Shown here piece by piece: positions 30,346-41,912 of a DNA stretch of 64,000 bases (position 1 is the stretch's first letter; every line of letters begins with the position of its first letter). The notes beneath the pieces are model-generated. The model had not been told where the DNA came from and searched no databases. It saw only the letters and a list, made by a program, of their open reading frames with translations. A program made the position numbers and the translations under genes. Source of the stretch: Eledone cirrhosa. Taxonomy: Eukaryota. The stretch spans positions 251,472,001 to 251,536,000 of the forward strand of contig OZ024741.1 in assembly GCA_964016885.1 (NCBI GenBank). The letters are read 5' to 3'.

Positions 30346-30804
30346 TGTGTGAGAAAGTTTGTGTGGAAGCTGCATTTTACAACTGGCCTGTGAAATTTTA
30401 TCAGCTTTGAAAAAAGGCTGGGGGGTAGAATTGAAGTATATAAAGTGAATTGCATTCATTAAACTAATTTCTATTATTTAAGCAATTGAATAAACAATTC
30501 TACCAACTCCAGTTCATAACTGGTAGATTTAGTTCTTAAACAATGTTGCCGGAAGTAATGTGTAGAGTGATACCTATCAAGATTTGAAGTCAGAACACGA
30601 AATGAGGAAATGAATCAGTGGCATATATTCAGTTTCATTCCATACACTATTGTATCAGCTGCCTGTTCTATGGCAATGTTCTATTGGAAGGTTCTAGTAA
30701 ATCTGTATTGTTTTCTGGATAAGGAATAAAGCATTGACAATAACATAACAGCTCCTTTGATGTCAATCAATAAATAAAGGTTGACAAGATATAAACATTT
30801 TGAT

Positions 30805-30875
<71 letters not shown>

Positions 30876-31188
30876 GTTTAGGTCTTTGTATATATAGTCA
30901 TATATATGTATATATATATATATTTATATATGCGTGTATGTACATACTTATGTACATACATACATATATACATACATACAGAGTCATACATCCACATATG
31001 CCAAAAAACATGCCTATCTTTTGTATGTGGATAGTGTGTGAGTGTAAGTGGCATGTGTGTGTGTGAGTGGGGTGTGTGTGTGTATTTTGCAAGCAATTAT
31101 TGGGCGCTAAAGAGTTGGGTTATGTAGAGAGATGAGTGGTAAAAAGAGTTAAGTGGAGAGATAGACAGTTAATAGATAGCTAGATATC

Positions 31189-31845
31189 TTTCTTTATTTG
31201 CCACAGGGGCGTACAAAAATAGGACATTACAAGACATGGCGGCAGGGGTTTTACATAAAAATCATATAACTTTAACATTAATAAATAACAATAAACTATA
31301 TATAATAAAATAACAATTGAAATCCCCAGTAGTGGGGAACGTTACTGCAGGGTTGTTTTACACCCCGTGGATAGAACAACCCTCAACACCAGGAACACGT
31401 TTCGTAGGTGTTCCCGTCTTCCCTCTGTTTATCTTCCTTAACCTACAGGTTTATATACAGAGAAGGCCCATTCACTCGGACCATTTTCGCCACAGTCTCC
31501 GCCCTTTCAGTGAATTTACTGGGGTGTAGCACCTCTATCTCACCTCTCACCTTCCTTCTGAAGTGGTACTTAAAGAAGGGGATAAGTTGTTGTCCGGAGA
31601 GAAAGGTGTTTGCCCTCAGTCCTTTTAACCTCGTCCACCATATTACCTCTTTCGCCATAGCCTCCAGACAGAGGAAAACCGCCTCTCCTTCATTCTTAAA
31701 TGAAGGCGGTGGGGTTATCCTCACAATGGACTCAGCTGACAACTGGATGCGTCCCACAGGTGACAGTAGCTGTTCGACATAATTCCACAGGTCGGTCACC
31801 CCTGGGCACTGAACAATTGTGTGCAGAATGGTTTCGATGTCCTGC
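31189..31845 (-). mobile_element. Tx1/L1-like LINE 3' fragment
   Basis: Minus ORF DLWNYVEQLLS...KEVIWWTRLKGLR...VNGPSLYINL is homologous to the end of 19442-20497. 3' end abuts GATA-like sequence. Confidence 0.9.
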
Positions 31846-32175
31846 TCGTTACAAAAAATAGCAGCTAAATAGAAACAACAGATTTGTTCTCTACATAACG
31901 GAGAATAATAAAAGAGTTAATATACCCAAGGGTACTAAGTACCCCTGGAAATATATAGGTTGTCTATGATTTAAGGTTGTTCTATGGTACAAATCTGTTG
32001 TTTCTATTTAGCTGCTATTTTTAGTAACGAGATAGACAACACATCTATGTTTTTCCCGCTTTTACCTCGGGCAGTTCACGTACGGGTCACTTTTCGACCT
32101 TATTAGATCCGTGCTAGCTGGTGGATAACAATATATTTTATCGTTCCTGGGTCTTTAGCCCTAGGAAAGGAAAAT

Positions 32176-32257
32176 GCTTCTCTGATGAACTTTGATTTTC
32201 CATTAGAAATCCATTGGATTTCTGATGTTTTACAAAGCGAAACTGATCGGTCAGGGC
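32176..32257 (+). ncRNA. Type I hammerhead ribozyme with extended stem II
   Basis: Stem I GCTTCT/AGGGC; CTGATGA 32182-88; stem II (A)CTTTG/CAAAG(C) extended by CATTAGAAATCCA/TGGATTTCTGATG; GAAA 32239-42; stem III CTGATCGG; GUC cleavage after 32252. Confidence 0.75.
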
Positions 32258-32341
32258 CATAAGAATAGGTAAATATTTAAATTATATTTTTTTTATTTAT
32301 TTTAAAAAATTGGTTGAATTTTGCTTGTTCTGCTTATCTTA

Positions 32342-32373
<32 letters not shown>

Positions 32374-32399
32374 ATATATATGTGCTGAAACAGCAAGCA

Positions 32400-33347
32400 A
32401 ACAGCCACAGGAAACAAGTACCACCAATCTCTGGGAGGGCCCTGTAGAAACAGTAGACAGCTTCTGCTACCTAGGTGACCGAATTAGCAACGGAGGTGGG
32501 TGCTCAGAAAGTACAATAACTAGGGTAAGAACGGGATGGAAGAAGTTTAGGGAACTACTACCACTGCTAGCTGCAAAAGGCTTCTCCCTCAGAATGAAAG
32601 GCAGACTGTATGATGCGTGTATCCGAACAGCGATGTTGCATGGTAGTGAGACCTGGGCGCTGAAGGTGGAAGACTTACGTAGATTAGAGAGAAACGAAGC
32701 CTGCATGCTCCGATGGATGTGTAACAGTAATATACGTGAACGACAAAGCATAAATGAATTGAGAGAGAGACTGAGCATAAGAGGAATCAAATGCTGCGTG
32801 CAGGAGAGGCGGTTACGCTGGTATGGACATGTGATGCGTATGAAGGATGACAGCTGCATAAAAAGGTGCAGAGCACTAGAAGTTGATGGAAACCGCGGAG
32901 TGGGGAGACCCAAGATGACTTGGGATGAGGTGATAAAAGCCGACCTTACCCAACTACACCTCTCAAAGTCAATGACACACGACCGTGACTTCTGGCGTCA
33001 CGCAGTAATACAGGGTACCCGACCTCCCATGGGTACATGCTGAAGCATATAAACAATATGCCCCCCCCCCCCCCCACCGCAAGGTGGTCGTGGAGGTGCC
33101 ACGGCAAAAAAGCACCCAGCCCACACTGTAAAGTGGACGTGTAGGCGCCACGAAAAAGCACCCAGCACTCACTGTAAATGAGGTTGGTGTTAGGAAGGGC
33201 ATCCAGCTGTAGAAATCAAGCCAGATCAGTTCCTGTATGAGCAAGGCATGGTCAGCCGACCAGACACTGCCCACAACAGGACAACCCGTCTAACCCATGC
33301 TAGCGTGGAAGAACGGACGTAAAACGGTGATGATGATGATGATGATG
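32400..33347 (+). mobile_element. RTE LINE subfamily 2, 3' fragment with SINE-B-like 3' region
   Basis: MKGRLYDACIRTAMLHGSETW...RLRWYGHVMRM...GRPKMTW, followed by SINE B internal units and a (GAT)n tail. Confidence 0.9.
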
Positions 33348-34230
<883 letters not shown>

Positions 34231-35105
34231 ATCATCATCATCATCATCATCATCATTTTACGTCCGCTTTTCCCTGCTTGCAAGGATGGGACGGGTCTTA
34301 TTCAGCACAGCATCTCTCCACTCGTCACGGTCCCTCGTCATCTCCACCGTGAGCTTCAATGATCTGAAGTCTGTTCTCACCACCTCCGCCCATGTTTTTC
34401 GTGGTCTACCTCTACCACTTCTTCCTTCAACTGGCATTTCCTGGCACTTCTTCACCCATCGGTCATCCTCCATGCGCATCACATGTCCATACCACCTCAG
34501 TCTCCTCTCCCGTACACTACATTCTATCCCTCTCAGACACAGTTTCTCTCTCAACACATTTATGCTGGGTCGGTCACGCACATTTACACTGCACATCCAA
34601 CGGAGCATGCTTGCCTCATTTCTCTCCAGCCGTCACATATCCTCTGCAGTTGCTGCCCATGTCTCACTACCATGCAGCATCGCACTCCTCACACAGGCAT
34701 CATACAACCGGCCTTTCGTACGCAGGGAGAAACCCTTCTTCGTCAACAGAGGAAGCAGCTCCCTAAACTTCTTCCAACCCGTCCTTGTTCTAGATACTAT
34801 GGCCTCGGAACACCCTCCTCCCATGCTAATCTGATCTCCTAGGTACCGGAAGCTATCCATCACTTCTCTAGCACCCTCTTGCATTTGAAAAATGTGTCTA
34901 TCAGTGCGACTTCTACTGTCTAATTTCCCTGTACATCTACTGCATACATATTTCTCCCTACCTGTTAGTTTGCCTGCTATCCCGCTACATCTCTTGTGTA
35001 CCCAGGATTTGCATGGTATGCATTTTATAGAATTTATGCCAGTTCCTTTTCTGCATATCGAACATGGCCATTTCCCTGACGGAATCAGGGTTTTGTCCTC
35101 TTTTC
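34231..35105 (-). mobile_element. RTE LINE 3' fragment (subfamily 1)
   Basis: FRYLGDQIS..GG, KGRLYDACVRSAMLHGSETW, RLRWYGHVMRM and (CAT)n tail. Confidence 0.93.
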
Positions 35106-35170
35106 TATATATATATATATAAATAAAATAACAGGAGGCTGGACTGGTGTAAATCCTTGAAAGATTTATT

Positions 35171-35228
35171 ATACTATGATCATTTCAATGACCGGGTTCC
35201 ATATGAATCCGGTGATATCATCAGGTAT
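35171..35228 (-). ncRNA. Minimal type I hammerhead ribozyme
   Basis: Minus strand: ATAC-CTGATGA-TATCACCGGATTC...GAACCCGGTCATT-GAAA-TGATCA(palindrome)-TA-GTAT. AUA triplet; U-U at the stem II base. Confidence 0.62.
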
Positions 35229-36292
35229 TGGAATATAACAAAGGAATATGTAAAAAACCATGGGTCCGAAAAATCAGAGACAGAGACAAAGAGGACGACT
35301 GACCAACTAGCTGCCTTCACCTCGGCCAGTCGCCCTCAAAGTGAATGCAACTGAATCTACTAATGACCATCTGGTGAGGGGGTGAAGGCTTATAATGCAC
35401 TACCACCTCTCCGTCAAAGAAAAAGGTGTAAGAAAGAAAGGAAGAAAGAAGAAAAAAAGGAAGCAAGAAGTCAGCGTAAGGGTCACACTACATTCATGCT
35501 AGAAAATGCCGCGAAAAATGCTACGCCAAAGAATCTATATTTAACAAAGGCATATATAATGTGTGTCTGTATGGTCTAATGTGTGAACCGAAAATTGGAA
35601 CATTAAACTTATGTTACGAGTTATAGGATGAAATTAAATTAAATTAAAAAAATTAAATTGAAAAATGATAAATTGAAAAATAAATTATTAGAAAATTAAA
35701 GGTTAAGGTAGCAAGATTTATTTAATGAACTTACAGAGAGAGTCTTATATGAAAAAATTAATCTCGATAAGATATCAGGATGGGATATAGAGTAAAGATT
35801 TCGATTGTGAGTCCCAGCCAGCACTCCCCAACCATGAGTCAGCCAGTTTCGAGTGGTATCATCCAGCAAAAGAAATGGAAATTCATTTTTCCGAGTACTC
35901 TAGGAACGTAGCTACCTTAGACCCCGGGAGTGCTAAGCGGGAAGTCTACAATTTCGACAGGCCATCGTCTATACCAAACGAATATTATTAATTCACACAT
36001 GAGGGGTTTATTTACGTGCCAGTAGAGGCATGATACAGCTAATAGTTATGCCTAAACCTGGAGTTTATAAGTATAAGTATAATATGGCTGCCAAAACAGG
36101 CGGCGCGGTGGGACCGGGGGAAAAGCAAGCCACTCCGAGTAAATTCGTTTACCGAAAGAGGGGGAAATTTATTTTTCAGAGCACTCAAGGAAGGCTGAAC
36201 TTTCCGAGTGCCCAGCGTGCAGCCGGGAAAAGCTTTTCATTGGGTTGCTACCTTCGACTTATGTGGTGGCTTTTCCCAGACAAAGCGAGTGC

Positions 36293-36338
36293 TAAGCTCT
36301 GATGATTACCAACAGTATGAAACAGATCTGTCAGCTTA
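36293..36338 (+). ncRNA. Type I hammerhead ribozyme, copy 1 of tandem pair
   Basis: Stem I TAAGCT/AGCTTA (extends GTG/CAC); CTGATGA 36299-305; stem II TAC/GTA; GAAA 36319-22; palindromic stem III CAGATCTG; GUC cleavage after 36332. Confidence 0.82.
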
Positions 36339-36605
36339 TCACCTTTTTGTTGAAAAAAGAAGTAAGTGACATAGTCACTATTTTAAAACAATAGTGCAAG
36401 GTCTTCAAAATGCTTTTAATTAAGCATACAGCATATTGCCAAATATACTATATATACATTCATGTGTACATCGCTATTTCAGAGCACCAATTCTAATTTT
36501 CAATTTTTGCTGGACCGGCAATCGCTCTGTATAATCAGTTCCTAATTATTACTAGAATTCTATAAGAATCCAACATTTATAATTTTCAACAGACAAAGCG
36601 TGTGC

Positions 36606-36651
36606 TAAGCTCTGATGATTACCAACAGTATGAAACAGGTATGTCAGCTTA
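36606..36651 (+). ncRNA. Type I hammerhead ribozyme, copy 2 of tandem pair
   Basis: Same core, stem III CA-GGTA-TG, GUC cleavage after 36645. Stem I is extended by TTTTCAACAGACAAAG/CTTTGTTTGTTGAAAA. Confidence 0.82.
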
Positions 36652-37209
36652 TCTCCCTTTGTTTGTTGAAAAGAGAAGTAAGTGAAATAGTCACTACTTT
36701 AAAACGATAGCACAAGCTCTTCAAAATGCTTTTAATTAAGCATATAGTATATTGCCAAATATACTATATATACATTCATATATACATACAGTTTCATTTC
36801 ACATTATATACATGACTGTGTATATTTTAATTATTTAAAAATTATTTTGAAGTGAACATGACCCAACAGGTGGTCTAGTATATATATATATATATAATCA
36901 TAAAATAACAGGATATATGTTTTTATAACAGATATATGTTTTTTTGAAAAAATATATTTTGTGGCACTTTCTAGCACCCCTGGCCAGCTTGAATGTAACC
37001 TGATCACACAGCTGGCCTCTGTCTATGACAGGGTGGTAGTAGTACACTATAAGCCTATGCCCCTTCACCAGAAGGACATAAGAAGACTTAAGAATCATCA
37101 CTTGAGGGCGGCTGACCGGGCTAGAAGCTGCTAAATGTTTGGCCGCCCTCATGTCTCTGCTTTTCAGCCCCATGGATTATGTCTATTATATTCCTTTGTT
37201 ATATTTTGA

Positions 37210-37267
37210 ATACCTGATGATGTCACAGGATTCATACTGAACCCGGTCATTGAAATGATCATAGTAT
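37210..37267 (+). ncRNA. Minimal type I hammerhead ribozyme (inverted homologue of 35171-35228)
   Basis: ATAC-CTGATGA(37214-20)...GAAA(37252-55)-TGATCA-TA-GTAT. Stem II is imperfect. Confidence 0.58.
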
Positions 37268-37455
37268 AATAAACCTTTTAAGGAATAACACCAGTCCAGC
37301 CTCCTGTTATTTTATAATAATTAACTCTGTACTTGCACCACCAACAACACAAACGAAGACGGGTGAGTTGCATTACGTCGAGTGCTCTCCATAATATTAC
37401 ATCAAGGTTGACCATATGGAATGACCAGTTCTATCTAGTGGTGAACCAACAAACC

Positions 37456-37489
<34 letters not shown>

Positions 37490-37509
37490 GTTGGTACCAC
37501 AAAATATCC

Positions 37510-37713
37510 ATCCCACACTGTAAAGTGGTCATGTAAAAGGTGTCATAACAAAAAGCACCCAGCACACACTGTAAATGTGGTTAGGGTTAGGAAGGGCATC
37601 CAGCCGTGGAAAACAGTTCTATATGAGTAACCCGACCCAACTTGCCTCTAAATGGGTCAAACCCATCTAACCCATGCTAGCGTGGAAGATAAACGTTAAA
37701 CGATGATGATGAT
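37510..37713 (+). mobile_element. SINE family B-related 3' fragment
   Basis: Internal unit, GGAAGGGCATCCAGC and (GAT)n tail. Confidence 0.75.
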
Positions 37714-37740
37714 ATCTATATATCTATCTATCTATCTATC

Positions 37741-38063
37741 TATGAGCAGAGAAATGGTGATGACTTCGCTTAATATGATTTTTGCGAAACAGTTCCTATA
37801 ACTGTCTAGGTGTTTTCAGGCAGTTGCCCAATATAGGTTTGTTATTACTTTTCTTAATTTACTACTTTAAATTAAGTCTGGCAAACCATATTGCTGTAGT
37901 TAGTATTTTTTCACCCTAGCTAACCTGGTCCTTACAATTCGGACACATGTATGTTTATATTAGTGTTCATCTCCCTTGTATATTCAATTATATTACACAG
38001 CTCAGAAAGCTTTTTTCTTAGAGCTATTTAATTGTAAGAGACTACTTTGAGTTTCTAACTCAG
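37741..38063 (+). mobile_element. pLTR-like repeat starting with a 5'-truncated HHR
   Basis: ATGA-GCAGA...TTTGC-GAAA(37786-89)-CAGTT-CCTAT-AACTG-TC. Downstream ~240 bp is homologous to 59997-60237. Both copies end in (TA)n. Confidence 0.6.
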
Positions 38064-38077
38064 TATATATATATATT

Positions 38078-39335
38078 GGCCTAGAGAAGGCCTTTGATAG
38101 AGTACCCCGATCTGTCATCTGGTGGTCCCTAAGGAAACTAGCTGTTGAGGAATGGCTCGTGAGGACAGGGCAAACTTTGTACAGAGGTGCTGTCAGTAAA
38201 GTCAGGGTAGGAATGGAGTTTAGTGAGGAATTCCAGATACAAGTAGGAGTACATCAAGGTTCGGTCCTCAGCCCGCTCTTGTTCATTATAGTCCTCCAAG
38301 CCATAACAGAGGAGTTTAAGACTGGCTGTCCATGGGAACTTCTCTGGTTCTTATAGCAGAATCAGTAGAGGAGCTAGAGAATAAATTCTGGCTATGGAAA
38401 CAGCAGTTGGAAGCAAGAGGACTGAGAGTGAACCTAGCTAAGAGAAAAGTGTTGATGAGTAGAAAAGAGGACAAAACTCTGATTCCGTCAGGGAAATGAC
38501 CATGTTCGATATGCAGAAAAGGAACTGGCATAAATTCTATAAAATGCACACAATGCAGATCCTGGGTACACAAGAGATGTAGCGGGATAGCACGCAAACT
38601 AACAGGTAGGGAGAAATATGTATGCAGTAGATGTACAGGGAAATTAGGCAGTAGAAGTCGCATTGATAGACATATTTTTCAAATGCAGGTGGGTGCTATA
38701 GAAGTGGTGGATAGCTTCCGGTACCTAGGAGATCAGATTAGCATGGGAGGGGGTGTTCCGAGGCCATAGTATCTAGAATAAGGACAGCTTGGAAGAAGTT
38801 TAGGGAGCTGCTTCCTCTGCTAACGAAGAAGGGTTTCTCCCTGCGTACGAAAGGCCGGTTATATGATGCCTGTGTGAGGAGCGCGATGCTGCATGGTAGT
38901 GAGACATGGGCAGCAACTGCAGAGGATATGCGATGGCTGGAGAAAAATGAGGCAAGCATGCTACGTTGGATGTGCAATGTCAATGTGCTTGAACGACCCA
39001 GCATAAATGTGTTGAGAGAGAAACTGTGTCTGAGAGGGATAGAATGTAATGTGCGAGAGAAGAGACTGAGGTGGTATGGACATGTGATGCGCATGGAGGA
39101 TGACCGATGGGTGAAGAAGTGCCAGGAAATGCCAGTTGAAGGAAGACATGGTAGAGGTAGACTACGAAAAACATGGCCGGAGGTGATGAGAACAGACCTC
39201 AGATCGCTGAAGCTCACGGTGGAGATGACGAAGGACCGTGACAAGTGGAGAGATGCTGTGCTGAATAAGACCCGTCCCACCTTTGCAAGCAGGGAAAAGT
39301 GGACGTAAAATGATGATGATGATGATGATGATGTT
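38078..39335 (+). mobile_element. 5'-truncated RTE LINE (partial RT domain to 3' end), inactivated
   Basis: LEKAFDRVP, GVHQGSVLSPLLF, Cys-rich CSIC...CTQC..WVHKRC segment, RLRWYGHVMRM, (TGA)n tail. Stops and frameshifts present. Confidence 0.95.
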
Positions 39336-39762
39336 GATATCTATATATATATATATGTGTGTCTGATGGTGGCTAAGATGCTTCCATAGGCAGTATGCCA
39401 GTTGAGCACTCTATGTTCTTACAGAGCAGAGTATGATATAATATAAAACGAAAAATCAGTGATGCATCAGAACTCAATTTATTGTGTGTTACAATTGTTT
39501 CCCCGGCGGACAGCTCGCGACGTGATCATTGTGTGGATCTGTCTGATTCTGGATCCACAGGTTCGACGGACACGTCTAATGATTTCGGAGCAAATTCTCT
39601 CATATATATATATATATATATTTATAAGTAGAAGGGATATTTAATTTGTTGGAAATTCAACAAAAATAAATGTTTATAACTGATTCAGAACACTCGACAG
39701 ATTTCTGGAGTAAATATTCAATGATATTAAATAAATGGAAACTATATTTATAAAACCATATT

Positions 39763-39824
39763 TATTCTATTATATATATTTCAAGGGTACCAAATACTTT
39801 GGTACGCTTTCATCAGATAAAATA
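39763..39824 (-). ncRNA. Type I minimal hammerhead ribozyme
   Basis: Minus strand: TATTTTAT-CTGATGA-AAGCGTACCAAA-GTA-TTTGGTACCCTT-GAAA-TATATA-TA-ATAGAATA. Confidence 0.8.
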
Positions 39825-39910
39825 CAAAGTCTGTTTTATAAAATGTTGACATAGCCAAGGAAACATACCTTATCAGTTGAATTTTCCTTGGGTACTAACC
39901 ACACACTTTG

Positions 39911-39972
39911 TATTTTATCTGATGAAAGCGTACAAAAGATTTTGGTACCCTTGAAATATATATAATAGAATA
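39911..39972 (+). ncRNA. Type I minimal hammerhead ribozyme
   Basis: Stem I 39911-18/39965-72; CTGATGA 39919-25; stem II AAGCGTAC.../...GTACCCTT; GAAA 39953-56; AUA cleavage after 39964. Confidence 0.8.
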
Positions 39973-40047
39973 AATATGGTTTTATAAATATAGTTTCCAT
40001 TTATTTAATATCATTGTATATTTATATATATATATAGAGAGAGAGAT

Positions 40048-40101
<54 letters not shown>

Positions 40102-40104
40102 AGG

Positions 40105-40172
<68 letters not shown>

Positions 40173-40361
40173 TAAAATACAAACTTGTCTAAAATATATC
40201 TTTAATATATTTTTAATATTTATTTATTTTTATCCAACTTAAATGTATTTGTCATTCCAAAAGAAAATGTATGGCAGACTTTATATATGGGGGACACAAT
40301 AATCTTTTAAGTGGTTAGGGTCTCAAAATGATTTAATCTGGGCCTGATGTATGTATATATC

Positions 40362-41070
40362 GACACTACTCTACACTACACATACACTATACAACACTAC
40401 ATTACACTACACTACACTATACTACACTACATTATACTATACTACACTACACTATATTATACTACCCTTCGCTCCAAAACACTACACTACACTGCACTAT
40501 ATTACACAATACTATACTTCACTACACTACGCTATATTACACTACATTTGACTACACTACACTACACTATACTGCATTACAATATATTATACTACATTTG
40601 ACTACACTACACCACACTATACTATACTGCACTATAATATATTATACTATACATCACTACACTACATATGCTATATTACACTACACTACATTACATTACA
40701 CTATACAACCCTACAGTGCACTATACCACACAACACTACACTGCACTACACAAATCTACATAAATCTACATTTCCCTACACAACACTGCACTACATAACT
40801 CTACCCTACTCTTCACTACACTGCACTACACTACAATACACTATACACAACTCTACACTATGCTACACTACACTACCCTACACTACACTACAATACACTA
40901 CACTACACTACACTACCCTACCCCACACTACACTACACTACACTACACTACACTACACTACTCTACACTACACTACACTACACTACCCTACCCCACACTA
41001 CACTACACCACACTACACTACACTACACTACACTACACTACACTACACTACACTACACTACACTATGATA
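40362..41070. repeat. (ACTAC)n pentanucleotide microsatellite
   Basis: Direct reading. Related tracts at 42073-42920 and 44990-46035. Confidence 0.9.
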
Positions 41071-41269
41071 CATCGCAAAGCACTACAATGTATTCCACTA
41101 TACATTACTACAATATAAATATCCTTTCTGATCTTCAACTATAAAGTGGCAGCTACATGAAATATGAAATATGTAGTATGCCATACACTATATCACTATA
41201 TTATATTACATAATAGTATACTGTATTACACAATGTTAGGATATATTATATGACATTATGTTACATTGG

Positions 41270-41912
41270 CCGTATAGAGTTACGGCCCTTGCCATTCTGA
41301 GTTCAAATCCTGCCAAGGTTAACTTTGCCTTTCATCCTTATGGGGTCAATAAAATAAAGTACCAGTAATGCACTGGGTATTTGCTGGCCTTGTGCCTAAC
41401 GTAGAAACAATTATGTTACATTGGACAATATTTTGTTGTGTTATACAATATTATGTGATATTACACAATATCATGCTGTGGATTGGCAGTATCGGTAGAG
41501 GGTCGGATGCCATGCTTTGAAGCATAGAGTTACCTCCCTGTATGATTTGAGTTCAAATCCTGCCGAGGTTAACTTTGCCTTTCATCCTTACGGGGTCGAT
41601 AAAATAAAGTACCAGTAATGTACTGGTTAATTGCTGGCCTTGTGCCAAGAGTAGAAACAATTATGCTGTATTAGACAATATAATGTTATATTACAGAATA
41701 TTGTGTTGTATTACACAACATTATGCTGTATTACAAAATATTGGTTTCTGATTTAGGCACAAGGCCAACAATCTTTGGGGGAAGGCAAAGTTGACTAAAT
41801 CGACCCCAGTGTATTACTGGTACTTTATTTTATCAACCCTGTAAGGATGAAAGGCAAAGCTAACCTCGGCAGGTTTTGAACTCAGATCATAAAGAGCCGC
41901 ATCTCTATGCTG
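41270..41912. mobile_element. Cluster of three SINE A copies (41270-41412 +, 41476-41663 +, 41744-41912 -)
   Basis: Family A core and tail motifs. Confidence 0.85.

Noticed and set aside
35420-36275. Possible Penelope RT/GIY-YIG coding remnant between the HHR arms
   Set aside because: The frames I could translate showed no RT or GIY-YIG motifs. TBLASTN/HMM search would be needed.
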